Part shown: piece by piece, positions 8,525 through 18,993 of the stretch
Layout of the letters: each line of letters begins with the position of its first letter
Numbering within the stretch: position 1 is the stretch's first letter
Assembly: GCA_963710755.1 (NCBI GenBank)
Contig: CAVQBK010000003.1
Coordinates: 885,211 to 949,210 of the forward strand
Source: an uncultured bacterium
Lineage (GTDB): Bacteria > Oederibacteriota > JAAXVQ01 > JAUVAV01
Direction of reading: 5' to 3'
DNA: 64,000 bases
Translations under genes and position numbers: made by a program
Notes under the pieces: model-generated
What the model saw: the letters and a program-made list of their open reading frames with translations, nothing else
Told to the model about the DNA's origin: nothing
Database searches by the model: none

Positions 8525-9855
8525 TGACCTTGGCCTTGATTATTCTCCTTTGTTTGCTGGCGGGCATCAGCATTTACCGCTACCCCTTGTTGGCCCCGAT
8601 ATGGCTGGTCATGGCCATCCCCTTTGATCTGCCCTTGGAATGGGGGATGACCATTTACACGGACGAACTTCTGCTGGTCGTGGTCACGGCGGCCGTGCTG
8701 CTTAAAAATGTTGCCAGCGGTTATTACAAACATTTGTTTTCCGTGAAATGGTTTTTCGTCCTGCTGCCTTTTATCCTGGCCACCTTGCTCTCGGGCCTCC
8801 ATGCCCATTATTTCCCGGATGTGATCAAACAACTCTTGCGCTGGATGGAAATCGTGGTGATGGCCTGGATTGTCGTCAATACGGTCAAAACCAGAAAAGA
8901 ATTGAGAACAGTCATCATGGTGATTATTTTCACGGCCACCGTGGTATCCATCATTGGTTTGGTGCAAACCATTGCCGGACCCACGGCTTCATTTAATGTG
9001 GGGAAGGATTTATTCACCGTGGACAACGGCGCCACCATGCGCGCCTACAGCACCTTCGGTCATCCCAACCAGTTTGCCGGCTATCTTATTTTAATGATTC
9101 CGTTGGCCTTCATCCAATTCGTGGAGACCAGGGACTGGAGAAAGCGCACGCTGGTCGGGCTGCTGACGGTGATCATGATTACAGCCCTGGTGTTTACTTT
9201 TTCCCGCGGAGGGTGGGTGGCCATGGGCCTGGTCGGCGCCGGGCTGATATACCTGAATATCCCCAAAAAAATGCTCATGATTATCTCGTTGATCACGGCG
9301 CTGGCTCTGACCATTGTCATTCTGAACGTGGGCCCCTTGGAGAAAACCAGAAGCGCAGTCCTGGGCCGGATGATGTCCTTCAGCCAACCGGAGAAAGAAG
9401 ACTCGGTGAATTTTCGCGAGGTCTGTTACGAAACCGCCTTTAAAATGTTCAAACGAAATCCCATCTTTGGTTTTGGCGCCGGCGAGTATGCTGAAAATAT
9501 TAAAATATATTTTAATGAGCATTATTACGCCTGGTCCGCGATCAGCAAACATATCCACAATTGGTACGTTCAAATTTTAATTGAAACCGGACTGTTGGGC
9601 TTGCTCACTTTTCTTATCGCGCTGGGAGCAGTGCTGGTCAGGTTGTTCTTGACTTTTCTCAGCATGGTGCATAATTATGAACGTCAGATCCTCTCCGGCG
9701 TAATCGGCGGTATTGTGGCCTTTTTATTACACAACCTCTTTGATGTGCTGACCATCTACGGCCGCGGGATCGATTTTGGCCTCTTAATCGGGTTGGGTCT
9801 TACGATCAGCAGCATGGCCAGGCAAACCAGCAAACTAAGGGTAAAGGACCGATGA
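8524..9855 (+). CDS. O-antigen ligase/polymerase (Wzy_C) family membrane protein
   Basis: 444 aa, about 10-12 TM helices, with a periplasmic loop containing FTFSRGGWVAMGLVG typical of O-antigen ligase-like proteins. The ATG overlaps the previous stop (ATGA). Confidence 0.7.
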   Translation: MTLALIILLCLLAGISIYRYPLLAPIWLVMAIPFDLPLEWGMTIYTDELLLVVVTAAVLLKNVASGYYKHLFSVKWFFVLLPFILATLLSGLHAHYFPDVIKQLLRWMEIVVMAWIVVNTVKTRKELRTVIMVIIFTATVVSIIGLVQTIAGPTASFNVGKDLFTVDNGATMRAYSTFGHPNQFAGYLILMIPLAFIQFVETRDWRKRTLVGLLTVIMITALVFTFSRGGWVAMGLVGAGLIYLNIPKKMLMIISLITALALTIVILNVGPLEKTRSAVLGRMMSFSQPEKEDSVNFREVCYETAFKMFKRNPIFGFGAGEYAENIKIYFNEHYYAWSAISKHIHNWYVQILIETGLLGLLTFLIALGAVLVRLFLTFLSMVHNYERQILSGVIGGIVAFLLHNLFDVLTIYGRGIDFGLLIGLGLTISSMARQTSKLRVKDR

Positions 9856-10580
9856 CCCAGACCAAGGCACCTGTCCAGATATCAGTGGTGATACCGGCCT
9901 ACAATGAAAAAGAGCGCATCGTCCAATCCATTGAACGCATTCTGGCTTTCCTGGAAAAGCAGTCCTGGACGCACGAAGTCATCATTGTGGACGACGGCAG
10001 CCAAGACGGCATGGCCGACCGGATAAGAACTCAATTTGAGCGCCAGCCGGGACTGCGGATTCTGCGCAATCGCAAGAACCGCGGCAAGGGTGCTTCCATC
10101 CGGCGTGGCATGGCCGTTGCCAGAGGTGAGCTGAATTTGTTTACCGATGCCGACTTGTCCACGCCCATCGAAGAACTGGCGCCCTTAAAACAAGCGATTG
10201 AGAACGGCGCTGACGTCGCCATTGCTTCCCGCGATTTGCCGGGCGCGGTGGTTGAAGTTGCCCAGCCTCTTTACCGGGAGTTGATGGGCAAGAGCTTTAA
10301 TGTGCTGGTGCAGGCGATCGTCCTGCCCGGGATTCATGATACCCAATGCGGTTTCAAGCTCTTTCGGCGCGCCGTGGCACGGCAGGTATTTCAACGCATC
10401 ACCATCACGGGATTCGGTTTTGACGTGGAAGCCTTGTTTGTGGCTAAAAAAATGGGCGCCACCATCCAAGAAGTGCCGGTACGCTGGCGTAATGCCTTGG
10501 GCTCCAAAGTCTCGCCCTTCAAGGATGCCGTGCAGATGTTTGTCGACCTCTTTCTGGTTCGGTGGCGTCATCGGCGGTAA
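9852..10580 (+). CDS. GT2 family glycosyltransferase (polyprenyl-phosphate sugar synthase-like)
   Basis: VVIPAYNEKERI, IIVDDGSQDG and a TDADL (DXD) motif. Confidence 0.8.
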   Translation: MTQTKAPVQISVVIPAYNEKERIVQSIERILAFLEKQSWTHEVIIVDDGSQDGMADRIRTQFERQPGLRILRNRKNRGKGASIRRGMAVARGELNLFTDADLSTPIEELAPLKQAIENGADVAIASRDLPGAVVEVAQPLYRELMGKSFNVLVQAIVLPGIHDTQCGFKLFRRAVARQVFQRITITGFGFDVEALFVAKKMGATIQEVPVRWRNALGSKVSPFKDAVQMFVDLFLVRWRHRR

Positions 10581-10806
10581 ACCGTGAGCTTGGGTAGGGC
10601 GTCATAACTATCTTTCCGACGGTCACCCCGGCATGATGGTAGCCAGAGTCCAGGAAAAGCTCTTTAAGAACGACCATTAATGGTTACCGGTTAAAATCGT
10701 GACGAAATGACGATTAAACTTTGAAGTTATGCGAATAAATTTCCTTTGCAGAGGCTCAACAGGCTGAGCCCCTGCATACGCTAAGGAAAACAACCGGAAG
10801 AAGGCT

Positions 10807-12246
10807 ATGCAAGAACAAAACCCTCTGGCCCGTAAAATCGCCAATAATGCTTTTTTCAAAACCGTAGGCGAACTAAGCATTCGCCTGCTTTCTTTTGTGT
10901 TTATTGTGGTGGTGGCCCGCACTCTGGGGGACAAGCAATTCGGCGTCATCAATTTTGCCTATTCCTTTTCCTTGCTCTTTGTGGTGGTCGTGGATTTTGG
11001 ACTTAATCCCTTGATGGTGCGCGATAGCGCCCGTACCCCCGGTCAAACGGCCAATCTGTTTTTCAATTTGCTGACTATCAAAGTACTGCTCGCCTTGCTA
11101 TACAGTCTGGCCCTGTTCATCGGCCTGCAGGTGGTGGCCCCCTCGGCTCAGATGAAAGCCGTGACCTATTGGCTGGGGGCCTTTGTGCTGCTCAATTCCT
11201 TTACCGAATTTATTAGTGCAGTTTTTCACGGCCATCAAAAAATGCACCTGGAAGCCATGGCCATGGTGGCGCAAAAAATGGGACTGGTCCTGTTTGGGTT
11301 GACCGCCTTGGCTTACGGTAAGGGACTGTTGGGCGTGGCCCAAGCTTATACGGCCGCCGGCCTGATTGGTTTGCTGCTGGGACTTTTATTTCTCAGCCGC
11401 AACCGGCTGCTGCAAGGCCCGTGGCGGCTGGATTTCCAATTTTTAAAACAGGCCTTCCACCAGGCGTTGCCCCTGACACTCACCACCTTGTTTATCAATA
11501 TTTACTTCCGGATTGACATGACCCTGCTGGCCAAAATGACCAATCAAGCCCAGGTGGGGTGGTATGGAGCAGCCCACAAATGCATCGAAGTGCTCATGGT
11601 CTTGCCGGCCGTGCTGGTGGTGGCCACCTTTCCCGGGTTTTCAACCTTGTACTGGCAGGACAAAGCGCGCATGGCCCGGGCGGCTAAAAAAATCCTGCGC
11701 TTGCTGCTGATGATGGGGCTGCCCATTGCCATTGGCGCGCTGCTGGTGGGCACGTCGCTGGTGAGGTTGATATTCGGGACTGATTATCTTCCCGCTGGTC
11801 CGGCCTTGGGACTGCTCAGTGTGGCCTTGTGTTTTATTTTTCTCAATTATGCGCTCTCTTACTTTTTAATCGCTGCCGAAAGACAGGCGGTCAATGCCAT
11901 TGTTTCCGGCGTGGCGGTGGCCGTCAGCGTGGGCGCCAATTTCGTGTTGATTCCCCAATGGGGGTATATGGGTGCTGCTGTATCAGCGGCCATTACCGAG
12001 GCGTTTTTGTTTGTGGCTTATTACAGCATGGTGCAGCGGTATTTGTTCACGATTCCGTGGTGGAAAGAAGCTCTGAAAATTGTGGGCGCAGCCCTGATCA
12101 TGGCTCTGGTACTTTGGCCCCTGCGCTTCTTGGTGCCATGGGTCACCATCCCGGTGGGGGGACTGGCCTATGGCCTGGCCTTGTGGCTGCTGCGGGCCGT
12201 GGGAAAAGAAGATTTGGATTTGATACGGAAAATGGTAAAACGATAA
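10807..12246 (+). CDS. Wzx-type oligosaccharide flippase (polysaccharide biosynthesis protein, MOP superfamily)
   Basis: 479 aa, about 12-14 TM helices, with the N-terminal KNAFF..LS.R......ARTLG..QFG pattern typical of Wzx/RfbX. Confidence 0.75.
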   Translation: MQEQNPLARKIANNAFFKTVGELSIRLLSFVFIVVVARTLGDKQFGVINFAYSFSLLFVVVVDFGLNPLMVRDSARTPGQTANLFFNLLTIKVLLALLYSLALFIGLQVVAPSAQMKAVTYWLGAFVLLNSFTEFISAVFHGHQKMHLEAMAMVAQKMGLVLFGLTALAYGKGLLGVAQAYTAAGLIGLLLGLLFLSRNRLLQGPWRLDFQFLKQAFHQALPLTLTTLFINIYFRIDMTLLAKMTNQAQVGWYGAAHKCIEVLMVLPAVLVVATFPGFSTLYWQDKARMARAAKKILRLLLMMGLPIAIGALLVGTSLVRLIFGTDYLPAGPALGLLSVALCFIFLNYALSYFLIAAERQAVNAIVSGVAVAVSVGANFVLIPQWGYMGAAVSAAITEAFLFVAYYSMVQRYLFTIPWWKEALKIVGAALIMALVLWPLRFLVPWVTIPVGGLAYGLALWLLRAVGKEDLDLIRKMVKR

Positions 12247-12298
12247 GCCAACTCAGGATGAGCATGTCAACGTACGCTTATGTTGCAAAAAAATCACC

Positions 12299-13351
12299 AT
12301 GATAAAGCTTAAGACAATACGTTTTTTGGAAATATTAACAGGAATTAAGGATGATCCATCAGTGAAAAAACTATCCATCATTATTCCAACCTATAATCGA
12401 AAAGTTCTTTTGAACCAGATGCTTGACTCGCTGGTTAAAGTCGTCATGCCTTTTGAAGAAGTGGAGGTGCTGGTCATTGACGATGGGTCTACGGACCAGA
12501 CCATGGCTGCGCTGTTGCACCAGAGAGATCCTTTTGAATTGCGGATGCTTCGCCACGAACAATCCCAAGGCCCGGCCCGGGCCCGCAACCTGGGCGCACG
12601 GCAAGCCCAGGGTGAGCTTTTAGCTTTTTTGGATTCCGATATTATCGTGGACCCAAATTGGTGGCAGGCCGCGGCGCCACATTTTGATGATCCCCAAGTG
12701 GCCGGGGTGGAAGGCGCCACCATTCCCTTGGCAAGCACCACCGTCCCAACGCCGTTCACCCACATTGTGGCCAATGGCAAAGGCGGACAATTTCTGACCT
12801 GCAATATGCTTTTTCGGCGTGACCGGTTTTTGAAAATCGGGGGGTTTGACGAACGTTTCCTCAGAGCCAATCGGGAAGATTCGGATTTAGGGTTTTCTTT
12901 TCTGGAGCGCGGCTATAAACTCATTTTCGAACCGCAATGCGTGGTGCGCCACCCTATTGTTCAGTCAACGCGTACGGTTTATTTCAAGGAAGCCCGCTTT
13001 GGGTTGCATGAAGCCTTACTGCGACGCAAGCACCCATTGCTTTACCGGCGCCACCTTAAATGGATCGATGGCCGGGCTTTTCCGGTTTTTTACTGGGGTG
13101 TGTTTATAGGCCTGCCCGGATTTCTGCTGGGAGAGGTCTTGAGTTTGGTCTGGCTGATAGGGTTGGGGCTGTTGGCTTGGGCTGGCGGCACAGCCGGGTC
13201 AGTGTATGCGGTATGCAGAAAAAGAAAAGTGCGTTTTATGGATCTGGTCTGGCTGGTTCCGCAATTTTTAATTCTGCCCTGGGTGAGGTTGTTCTGGGTT
13301 TTAAAAGGGGAATGGCGCTACCGTCATGTCCGGCCACAAGTAGGCCGTTGA
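12299..13351 (+). CDS. GT2 family glycosyltransferase with C-terminal TM helices
   Basis: LSIIIPTYNRK, VIDDGSTDQT, a DSD motif and C-terminal hydrophobic helices. Confidence 0.75.
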   Translation: MIKLKTIRFLEILTGIKDDPSVKKLSIIIPTYNRKVLLNQMLDSLVKVVMPFEEVEVLVIDDGSTDQTMAALLHQRDPFELRMLRHEQSQGPARARNLGARQAQGELLAFLDSDIIVDPNWWQAAAPHFDDPQVAGVEGATIPLASTTVPTPFTHIVANGKGGQFLTCNMLFRRDRFLKIGGFDERFLRANREDSDLGFSFLERGYKLIFEPQCVVRHPIVQSTRTVYFKEARFGLHEALLRRKHPLLYRRHLKWIDGRAFPVFYWGVFIGLPGFLLGEVLSLVWLIGLGLLAWAGGTAGSVYAVCRKRKVRFMDLVWLVPQFLILPWVRLFWVLKGEWRYRHVRPQVGR

Positions 13352-13449
13352 CCAGGGGCGGCTGATTTTTTAAAATGAACAGCAGGGGACAGGTCTGTCT
13401 GTCCCTACACTTGATGAGATGGATTCCTATATCACAGGCAGGTTAAACT

Positions 13450-13914
13450 ATGAAATTTCACTGGACTATACGCTGGTGGGACCTGATGGCCCTGTTGACG
13501 TCAGTCGTAATTGCCGTTTTTGTCGTGCAATTCACGATCGTGAAAAGCGGCTTGCAAGGGACCATGGTCAACACTGCCCAGGTGGTGGTACGCATTCCCC
13601 AGCCTTTGCCGGAAGTGGCCTCGCAGCTGACGGCCGGGACTGATTTGGTCAATAGCCGGCAGGAAAAGATCGGAACCATTCAGGACGTGCACAACGTGCC
13701 TGCCCAAGGGGGCGCTTGGCCCATGACCTGGTCCGGGCCTGAAGATGTGGTGGTCAAGGCTGATATCAACGGAGATCTGCGTTTGGTTCGCGATCTACCG
13801 GGCTTCACCAAGGAACCTGCCCCTCTGCGTGTTGGCGTCTGGTGTTTACTCACCACAGACAAGGTGGAAGTATCGGGCATGATTACCCAAGTCTTGCCGG
13901 AGAGAGGCCGTTGA
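13450..13914 (+). CDS. Hypothetical membrane-anchored protein
   Basis: 154-aa ORF with one N-terminal TM helix (MALLTSVVIAVFVVQFTIV) inside the polysaccharide locus. No recognisable family. Confidence 0.35.
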   Translation: MKFHWTIRWWDLMALLTSVVIAVFVVQFTIVKSGLQGTMVNTAQVVVRIPQPLPEVASQLTAGTDLVNSRQEKIGTIQDVHNVPAQGGAWPMTWSGPEDVVVKADINGDLRLVRDLPGFTKEPAPLRVGVWCLLTTDKVEVSGMITQVLPERGR

Positions 13915-13976
13915 CACGGACCTTGCCACCTTTATCTCCATTGGTGACCAATCTGCTGGCGCCATTGGTGGTCATC

Positions 13977-16019
13977 ATGGTGGCTATGCTTTGGCCATGG
14001 ACCAGAAGTCAGCCCTCCATGAGCGCTGTGGTGGTCCTGGCGGGAATGCTGCTGGCCTGGGCATCACCAGCTTGGTCCTTGGTGCTGCTGGCCTTGGTGG
14101 CGCCTTTTGAAACTGCCCTGGAAATGCCGGTTTTAGGCACGGTTTATACGAGCGAACTGCTGCTGCTGGCTTTTGTGCCCGGCTGGTTTTGGAATGGGAT
14201 AACCCACCCCTCCTGGAGAAAACCTTTGGCCCCGGTGTGGTGGTGGGCTGCTCCTTTTCTCGTGCTGTTATTCTCCCAACTCCTTATTCATCCTGCTTCG
14301 GTTACCATCAAAGCTACCCTGCGTTGGCTTGAGTTTTTTATGGTGTTGCTGGCAGGCGTGCATTGGCTGCGCCGGCCTGGGCAAGCCTGGGCGGTATGGT
14401 GGGCCTTGTTGCTGGCCTTCAGCCTTAACAGTCTCATGGGCCTTGGACAAACCTGGCAGGGCCGGCTGCATTGGCCCGGATTGCTGACCTGGTCCACCGC
14501 TTTTGGCGAAGTGGTGCGTGCTTCCGGAGAATATGGTCCCAACACCCTGGCAGGGGTAATTGCCTTGGTGTTGCCCTTGGGGTTGGCCTTTTTTTTATTT
14601 CATCCCAGCCAAGCGGTTAAACGGCTGAGTTATGTGCTGGTGCTCTTATTGGCAGCTGGATTGGCAGCTACTTTTTCCGTTATCGGCTATACCAGCGCAG
14701 CACTGGGCGTGGTCTTTTTGGCACTGATGCTCAACCCCAAGCCGCGCCGTATGGCTGTTTATGCAGGCTTACTGGTGCTGCTGGGCCTGACGTTGGTGGT
14801 GGCCCTGAATTCTGAAGCCGCCCTTGCAGCCCTCATTAAAATCAAGAGCGCCTCTTTGGCGGACCGGCTGGGCTATATGCAAGTGGCCGGCCATTTGCTG
14901 GCTGGCCATCCCTGGTGGGGTATTGGGCCAGGGTGGTATAAAACCCTGGCCTTGACCTGGCGCCATCAGGAGTTGAACATCATTGGGCTCATTACTCATC
15001 CTCATGCCTTGTGGCTGTTGGTGTTGGTTGAAAACGGCATCCTCGGATTGGCGGCATTGCTCTGGGGTTTGGGACAGGCGGCTTCCTATATTATAAGAAA
15101 AGCTGCTCACCGTCGTAACCCCATGCTTTGGGCCGCTTGCGCCGGTTTAGTGGCTGTGGCTTTCCTTAATCTGGGAGAGCAGGGCCTGGTCCATGACCGG
15201 GGCGTGCACGTGGCCCTGGCCTTGGCCGCGACGTTGGTGTTGGTTACTAAAAAGGCCTTCCCCCAAGCCATGGCAGCAAAGCATTGTTTTGAGCACCAGT
15301 GGCGGCAGCATGGGCAACACCTTGACTGGGCCAAACAACTGGAAGAGCGCCGTCAAGGCCGGCAGGTGCTCTATAAAGTGCTGGATCAGGCCCTGGCCGG
15401 ACCGAGGCCGGCCAAAGTCTTGGAATTGGGTTGTGGACCGGCGCTGGATGCATTGCATCTTTCACAACGCAACCGTCTGGACGTACATGGTCTGGACAGC
15501 TCTCCGGCAGCCTTACAACTGGCCAGGGAAGCTTCCCAAAAGGTGCAAAGGCCGCTGACACTGCACCACGGTGATGCGCGCTGCACGGGATTGGCGGCCC
15601 AAAGCTTTGACCTGATCTTTTCCCAAGGCCTGTTGGAACATTTTAAAGATCCTGACCCGGTGTGGCAGGAGATGGACCGGCTGCTTAAGCCGGGCGGCGC
15701 GGTGGTGGTGGATGTGCCTCAGACCTTTAATCCCTATACCCTTATCAAATGGGGTCATCGCCTGAAAGGCACCTGGCCCTGGGGCTGGGAAACCCAATAT
15801 ACGCTAGGGCAGCTCAAACGTGCTGGTCAGATTCTGGGGTGGAAAGTTAAAACCGCGCATGGCTACGGCTATCGTCAAGGTGCATGGGACATCACTTATA
15901 GAATTAGACAATGGGCACAGCCGTACTGTCCCCGCTGGTGGGCCCGGATGGAGCAAACCACGGGCGCATGGTGGATGATGAATGTGGTGGTGCTCTTTGA
16001 AAAAGGAAAATGCTCATGA
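13977..16019 (+). CDS. Fusion protein: Wzy/O-antigen-ligase-like polytopic membrane domain plus a C-terminal class I SAM-dependent methyltransferase
   Basis: The longest ORF runs 13842..16019 but overlaps the upstream ORF. The first in-frame ATG after the upstream stop is at 13977 (IMVAMLW). The N-terminal roughly 430 aa are Trp-rich with about 10 TM helices. The C-terminal roughly 250 aa carry VLELGCGPALDALHL (motif I) and ...LLKPGGAVVVD (Methyltransf_11/25-like). Confidence 0.6.
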   Translation: MVAMLWPWTRSQPSMSAVVVLAGMLLAWASPAWSLVLLALVAPFETALEMPVLGTVYTSELLLLAFVPGWFWNGITHPSWRKPLAPVWWWAAPFLVLLFSQLLIHPASVTIKATLRWLEFFMVLLAGVHWLRRPGQAWAVWWALLLAFSLNSLMGLGQTWQGRLHWPGLLTWSTAFGEVVRASGEYGPNTLAGVIALVLPLGLAFFLFHPSQAVKRLSYVLVLLLAAGLAATFSVIGYTSAALGVVFLALMLNPKPRRMAVYAGLLVLLGLTLVVALNSEAALAALIKIKSASLADRLGYMQVAGHLLAGHPWWGIGPGWYKTLALTWRHQELNIIGLITHPHALWLLVLVENGILGLAALLWGLGQAASYIIRKAAHRRNPMLWAACAGLVAVAFLNLGEQGLVHDRGVHVALALAATLVLVTKKAFPQAMAAKHCFEHQWRQHGQHLDWAKQLEERRQGRQVLYKVLDQALAGPRPAKVLELGCGPALDALHLSQRNRLDVHGLDSSPAALQLAREASQKVQRPLTLHHGDARCTGLAAQSFDLIFSQGLLEHFKDPDPVWQEMDRLLKPGGAVVVDVPQTFNPYTLIKWGHRLKGTWPWGWETQYTLGQLKRAGQILGWKVKTAHGYGYRQGAWDITYRIRQWAQPYCPRWWARMEQTTGAWWMMNVVVLFEKGKCS

Positions 16020-17119
16020 ACATCTGTTTGATCAGCGGTTCTTTTCCGCCCGCTCGTTGCGGCGTGGGCGATTATACGGCGCGGCTGGCCAGCGCCCTGG
16101 CCCAAGAAAAACATCAGGTGGTGGTGATCACGTCCGCAGGCCGGCCAACCGCGGATTTCACGGCCATGACCGTAAGACCGGTGGTGAAACATTGGGGCCT
16201 GGCAGGCATGAGGTCTTTGTTCGCGGTGCTCCAACCGCTCCATCCTGATGTGGTGCATGTGCAGTATCCCAGCACCGGCTATGGTAGGGCCCTGGGCATT
16301 AATATGTTGTTTATATTATTAAAATTAATGCTGCCCCATGTCCAGCGGGTGATCACCCTGCATGAATACGAGGTCTTTTCCTGGAAAGGGCGCCTGCGGC
16401 TTTGGCTGACCGTGAAAACCGCTCATAAGGTAATATGCACCAATCATCACGATGCCACGCTCCTGAAAAAACGCATGCCGCGCCTTAAGCTGCAGGTGAT
16501 TCCCATTGGTAGCAATGTGGGTGAAAAAAACCAGGCTCAGCAACCCCTGCCGGCAAACGGTGAAGTCATGCAATTGCTGCATTTCGGCACGGTCATGCCC
16601 AACAAAGGCTGGGCCACAATGATCGCCGCCTTGGAAGCCCTTGCCGCCCGCGGTCTTCAAGCCAGACTGACCGTGATGAGCAGCCTCGAGGGCAAAGCCT
16701 ATCTTTATCACCAAGAGGTGGCAAGCATGATCGAGCGGTCCTCCGTGGCTGCCTGGATTAGGTTTACAGGGTACTTGGATGAAGCAGCCCTTGCTGCTTT
16801 GGCCGGGAATGACGACATTGTGGTGCTGCCCTTCAGCAACGGCCTGCGTCTTAACCGGGGCAGTTTTGTGGCCATGCTGGCCTATGGCAAAGCCATTATC
16901 ACCACCGAGCCGCCCTTTGAAATTGAAGGTATGGCCCATGGCCAGATCTGCTGGATGGTGCCGCCTGGTGATGCCGCAACCTTGGCTGAAACCATCATAC
17001 GGCTATGGCATGACCCTCAGACGCGCCGGCAACTGCGCGCCCGGGCGGCGGTGGCGGCCAAGCGGTTTGCCTGGCCGGTCATTGCTCAAAAGACACTTGC
17101 GGTCTACGGCGCCATGTAA
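16010..17119 (+). CDS. GT4 family glycosyltransferase
   Basis: 369 aa with N-terminal MNICLISGSFPPARCGVGDY and a C-terminal Glycos_transf_1 region (...VVLPFSNGLRLNRGSFVAMLAYGKAIITT). Confidence 0.8.
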   Translation: MLMNICLISGSFPPARCGVGDYTARLASALAQEKHQVVVITSAGRPTADFTAMTVRPVVKHWGLAGMRSLFAVLQPLHPDVVHVQYPSTGYGRALGINMLFILLKLMLPHVQRVITLHEYEVFSWKGRLRLWLTVKTAHKVICTNHHDATLLKKRMPRLKLQVIPIGSNVGEKNQAQQPLPANGEVMQLLHFGTVMPNKGWATMIAALEALAARGLQARLTVMSSLEGKAYLYHQEVASMIERSSVAAWIRFTGYLDEAALAALAGNDDIVVLPFSNGLRLNRGSFVAMLAYGKAIITTEPPFEIEGMAHGQICWMVPPGDAATLAETIIRLWHDPQTRRQLRARAAVAAKRFAWPVIAQKTLAVYGAM

Positions 17120-17218
17120 GTGCGGATACCACACAACGCTATCTTCTTTCCCCGTTAAGCGGGCTCCTAGGAGCCTGTCGGACTTTTTCGTTTGATGATA
17201 TGGTATAATAACGAAGTT

Positions 17219-17257
17219 TCCCCCTTTTGCAAAGGGGGACCAAGGGGGATTTGATAA
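17219..17257. repeat. Left terminal inverted repeat of the insertion sequence (contains the palindrome ccccc-tttgcaaa-ggggg)
   Basis: See the mobile_element entry. The internal hairpin is cccccttttgcaaaggggg. Confidence 0.6.
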
Positions 17258-17632
17258 ATGATTTTAACCTACCATCGCGGCCTCAAACGAAACTCGCAGG
17301 TTCTCAGGAATAACATGACCGAAGCTGAAAAGCATCTATGGAAACGGCTTCGCGGAAAACAAATTGGCGGTTTGCAATTCTATCGGCAAAAAATCATCGG
17401 CAACTACATCGTGGATTTTTTCTGTCCCAAAGCAAGCCTGGTAATTGAACTGGATGGCGGTCAGCATTATACCGACGATGGAATCCTCCGCGATGCGGAA
17501 CGTGACCGTTATTTGAAAACGCAAGGCTTGCAGATATTGCGTTTTTCCGATCGCGACGTGTTCATAAACACGGAAGGCGTCTTGAAGCAAATCCTGGCTC
17601 AAGCTTGCCTGCAAAGCAGGGAGGCATTATGA
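17258..17632 (+). CDS. DUF559 (Vsr-like, very-short-patch-repair-type) endonuclease domain protein
   Basis: 124 aa: ...NMTEAEKHLWKRLRGKQIGGLQFYRQKIIGNYIVDFFCPKASLVIELDGGQHY... matches the DUF559 consensus. Its stop overlaps the transposase ATG (ATGA at 17629-17632), implying co-transcription and translational coupling. Confidence 0.8.
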   Translation: MILTYHRGLKRNSQVLRNNMTEAEKHLWKRLRGKQIGGLQFYRQKIIGNYIVDFFCPKASLVIELDGGQHYTDDGILRDAERDRYLKTQGLQILRFSDRDVFINTEGVLKQILAQACLQSREAL

Positions 17633-18993
17633 GTTTTGTTCCCTGCGATCGTGATACGAATTTTTTACTGCCGCCATCGTTGAATGATTGGCTCCCAGTC
17701 AATCATTTGGCGCGGTTTGTAACGGAAATTGTCGCCTAACTTGACTTGACGAAGTTAAAAGAATCATATGCGGGGCGGGGATCGTCGGCCTATCATCCTG
17801 AAATGTTGCTGGCTGTGCTGGTGTATGGATATGCCACGGGCCTATTCTCGGGCCGTCAGCTGGAACGCAGCACTTATGATTCGATAGCTTTTCGTTATCT
17901 GGCGGCAAACACCCATCCCGATCATGATACAATAGCCCAATTCCGCAAACGATTTCTCCCCGAATTGGAATCATTATTCGTACAAGTCCTGGTCCTGGCT
18001 CAGGACATGAAACTATTGAAGCTCGGTAAAATCAGTTTGGACGGGAGCAAGGTTCATGCGAATGCATCAAAACATCGTGCCCTTTTCTGGGGACATGCCA
18101 ACAAGATAGAGAAGCAACTCCGGGCGGAAGTGAATCGCCTATTGCAACTGGCCGAAGCAGCCGATGAGGCCGACCAGCCTGACGGGATGAACCTGCCCGA
18201 TGAGCTGGCTCGTCGCGAAGATCGCTTGGCTGCTATTGCCAAAGCCAAAGCAGCCATCAAGCAACGAGCCGTTGAACGTGACCAACAAGCCCAAAAAGAG
18301 TATGAACAGAAGCTGACCGAGCGTCGTGAGCGTGAAAATAAAAGAGGTCAAAAATCCCGCGGTCCAGAACCACAACCGCCAAGCGATAAAGGCCCACAAG
18401 CAAAAGATCAGGTTAACCTGACCGACGGCGAGTCGCGCATCATGCCTGTTTCCGGTGGCGGGTTCGAACAAGCTTATAATGCGCAAGCCGGGGTGGACAT
18501 GGAAACGATGTTGATAGTCACTGAGCATGTTACTCAAGCGACCAATGATAAAGAACAACTTGAGCCTGCACTTGTGCAATTAACCGCTCTTCCAGAAGAG
18601 CTGGGAAAGGCAAAAGCATTGGTGGCAGACAGCGGATACTTTAGCCAAAGCAATGTTAAACTTTGCGAATCCAAGGGGATCAAACCATATATTGCCAACA
18701 GGCGGGAGCAACACTACCCATCGCTAAAAAAACGTTTTTCAGGACCACCGCCGTTGCCTGAACGTGCTGATGCGGTGGAAAGAATGAAGAGGCGGTTGCA
18801 AATGCCAGCTGGCCGAAAACTGTATGCCCGACGTAAAAGCACGGTTGAGCCGGTATTTGGAATTATTAAATCTGCCATGGGCTTTCGCCAGTTCATGCTG
18901 CGAGGTTTGCAAGCTGTCAGCAGCGAATGGACTTTGGTCTGTCTGGCTTGGAACATGAAGCGGCTGCACGGGCTGAAATCATCTCAGGTATAA
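17629..18993 (+). pseudogene. IS1182/IS5-family DDE transposase interrupted by an in-frame TAA at 17737-17739
   Basis: The ATG at 17629 gives MSFVPCDRDTNFLLPPSLNDWLPVNHLARFVTEIVA*. The same frame then continues as LDLTKLKESYAGRGSSAYHPEMLLAVLVYGYATG... (listed ORF 17746..18993, TTG start). Family consensus here is ...EIVEQLDLSEL..., so a Gln codon (CAA) appears mutated to TAA. A C-terminal DDE region (DSGYFSQSNV...) is present. Confidence 0.7.

Noticed and set aside
13842-13976. Upstream extension of the Wzy-like/methyltransferase ORF
   Set aside because: It would overlap the preceding ORF by 73 nt. The first ATG after the upstream stop (13977) was preferred. The true start remains uncertain.
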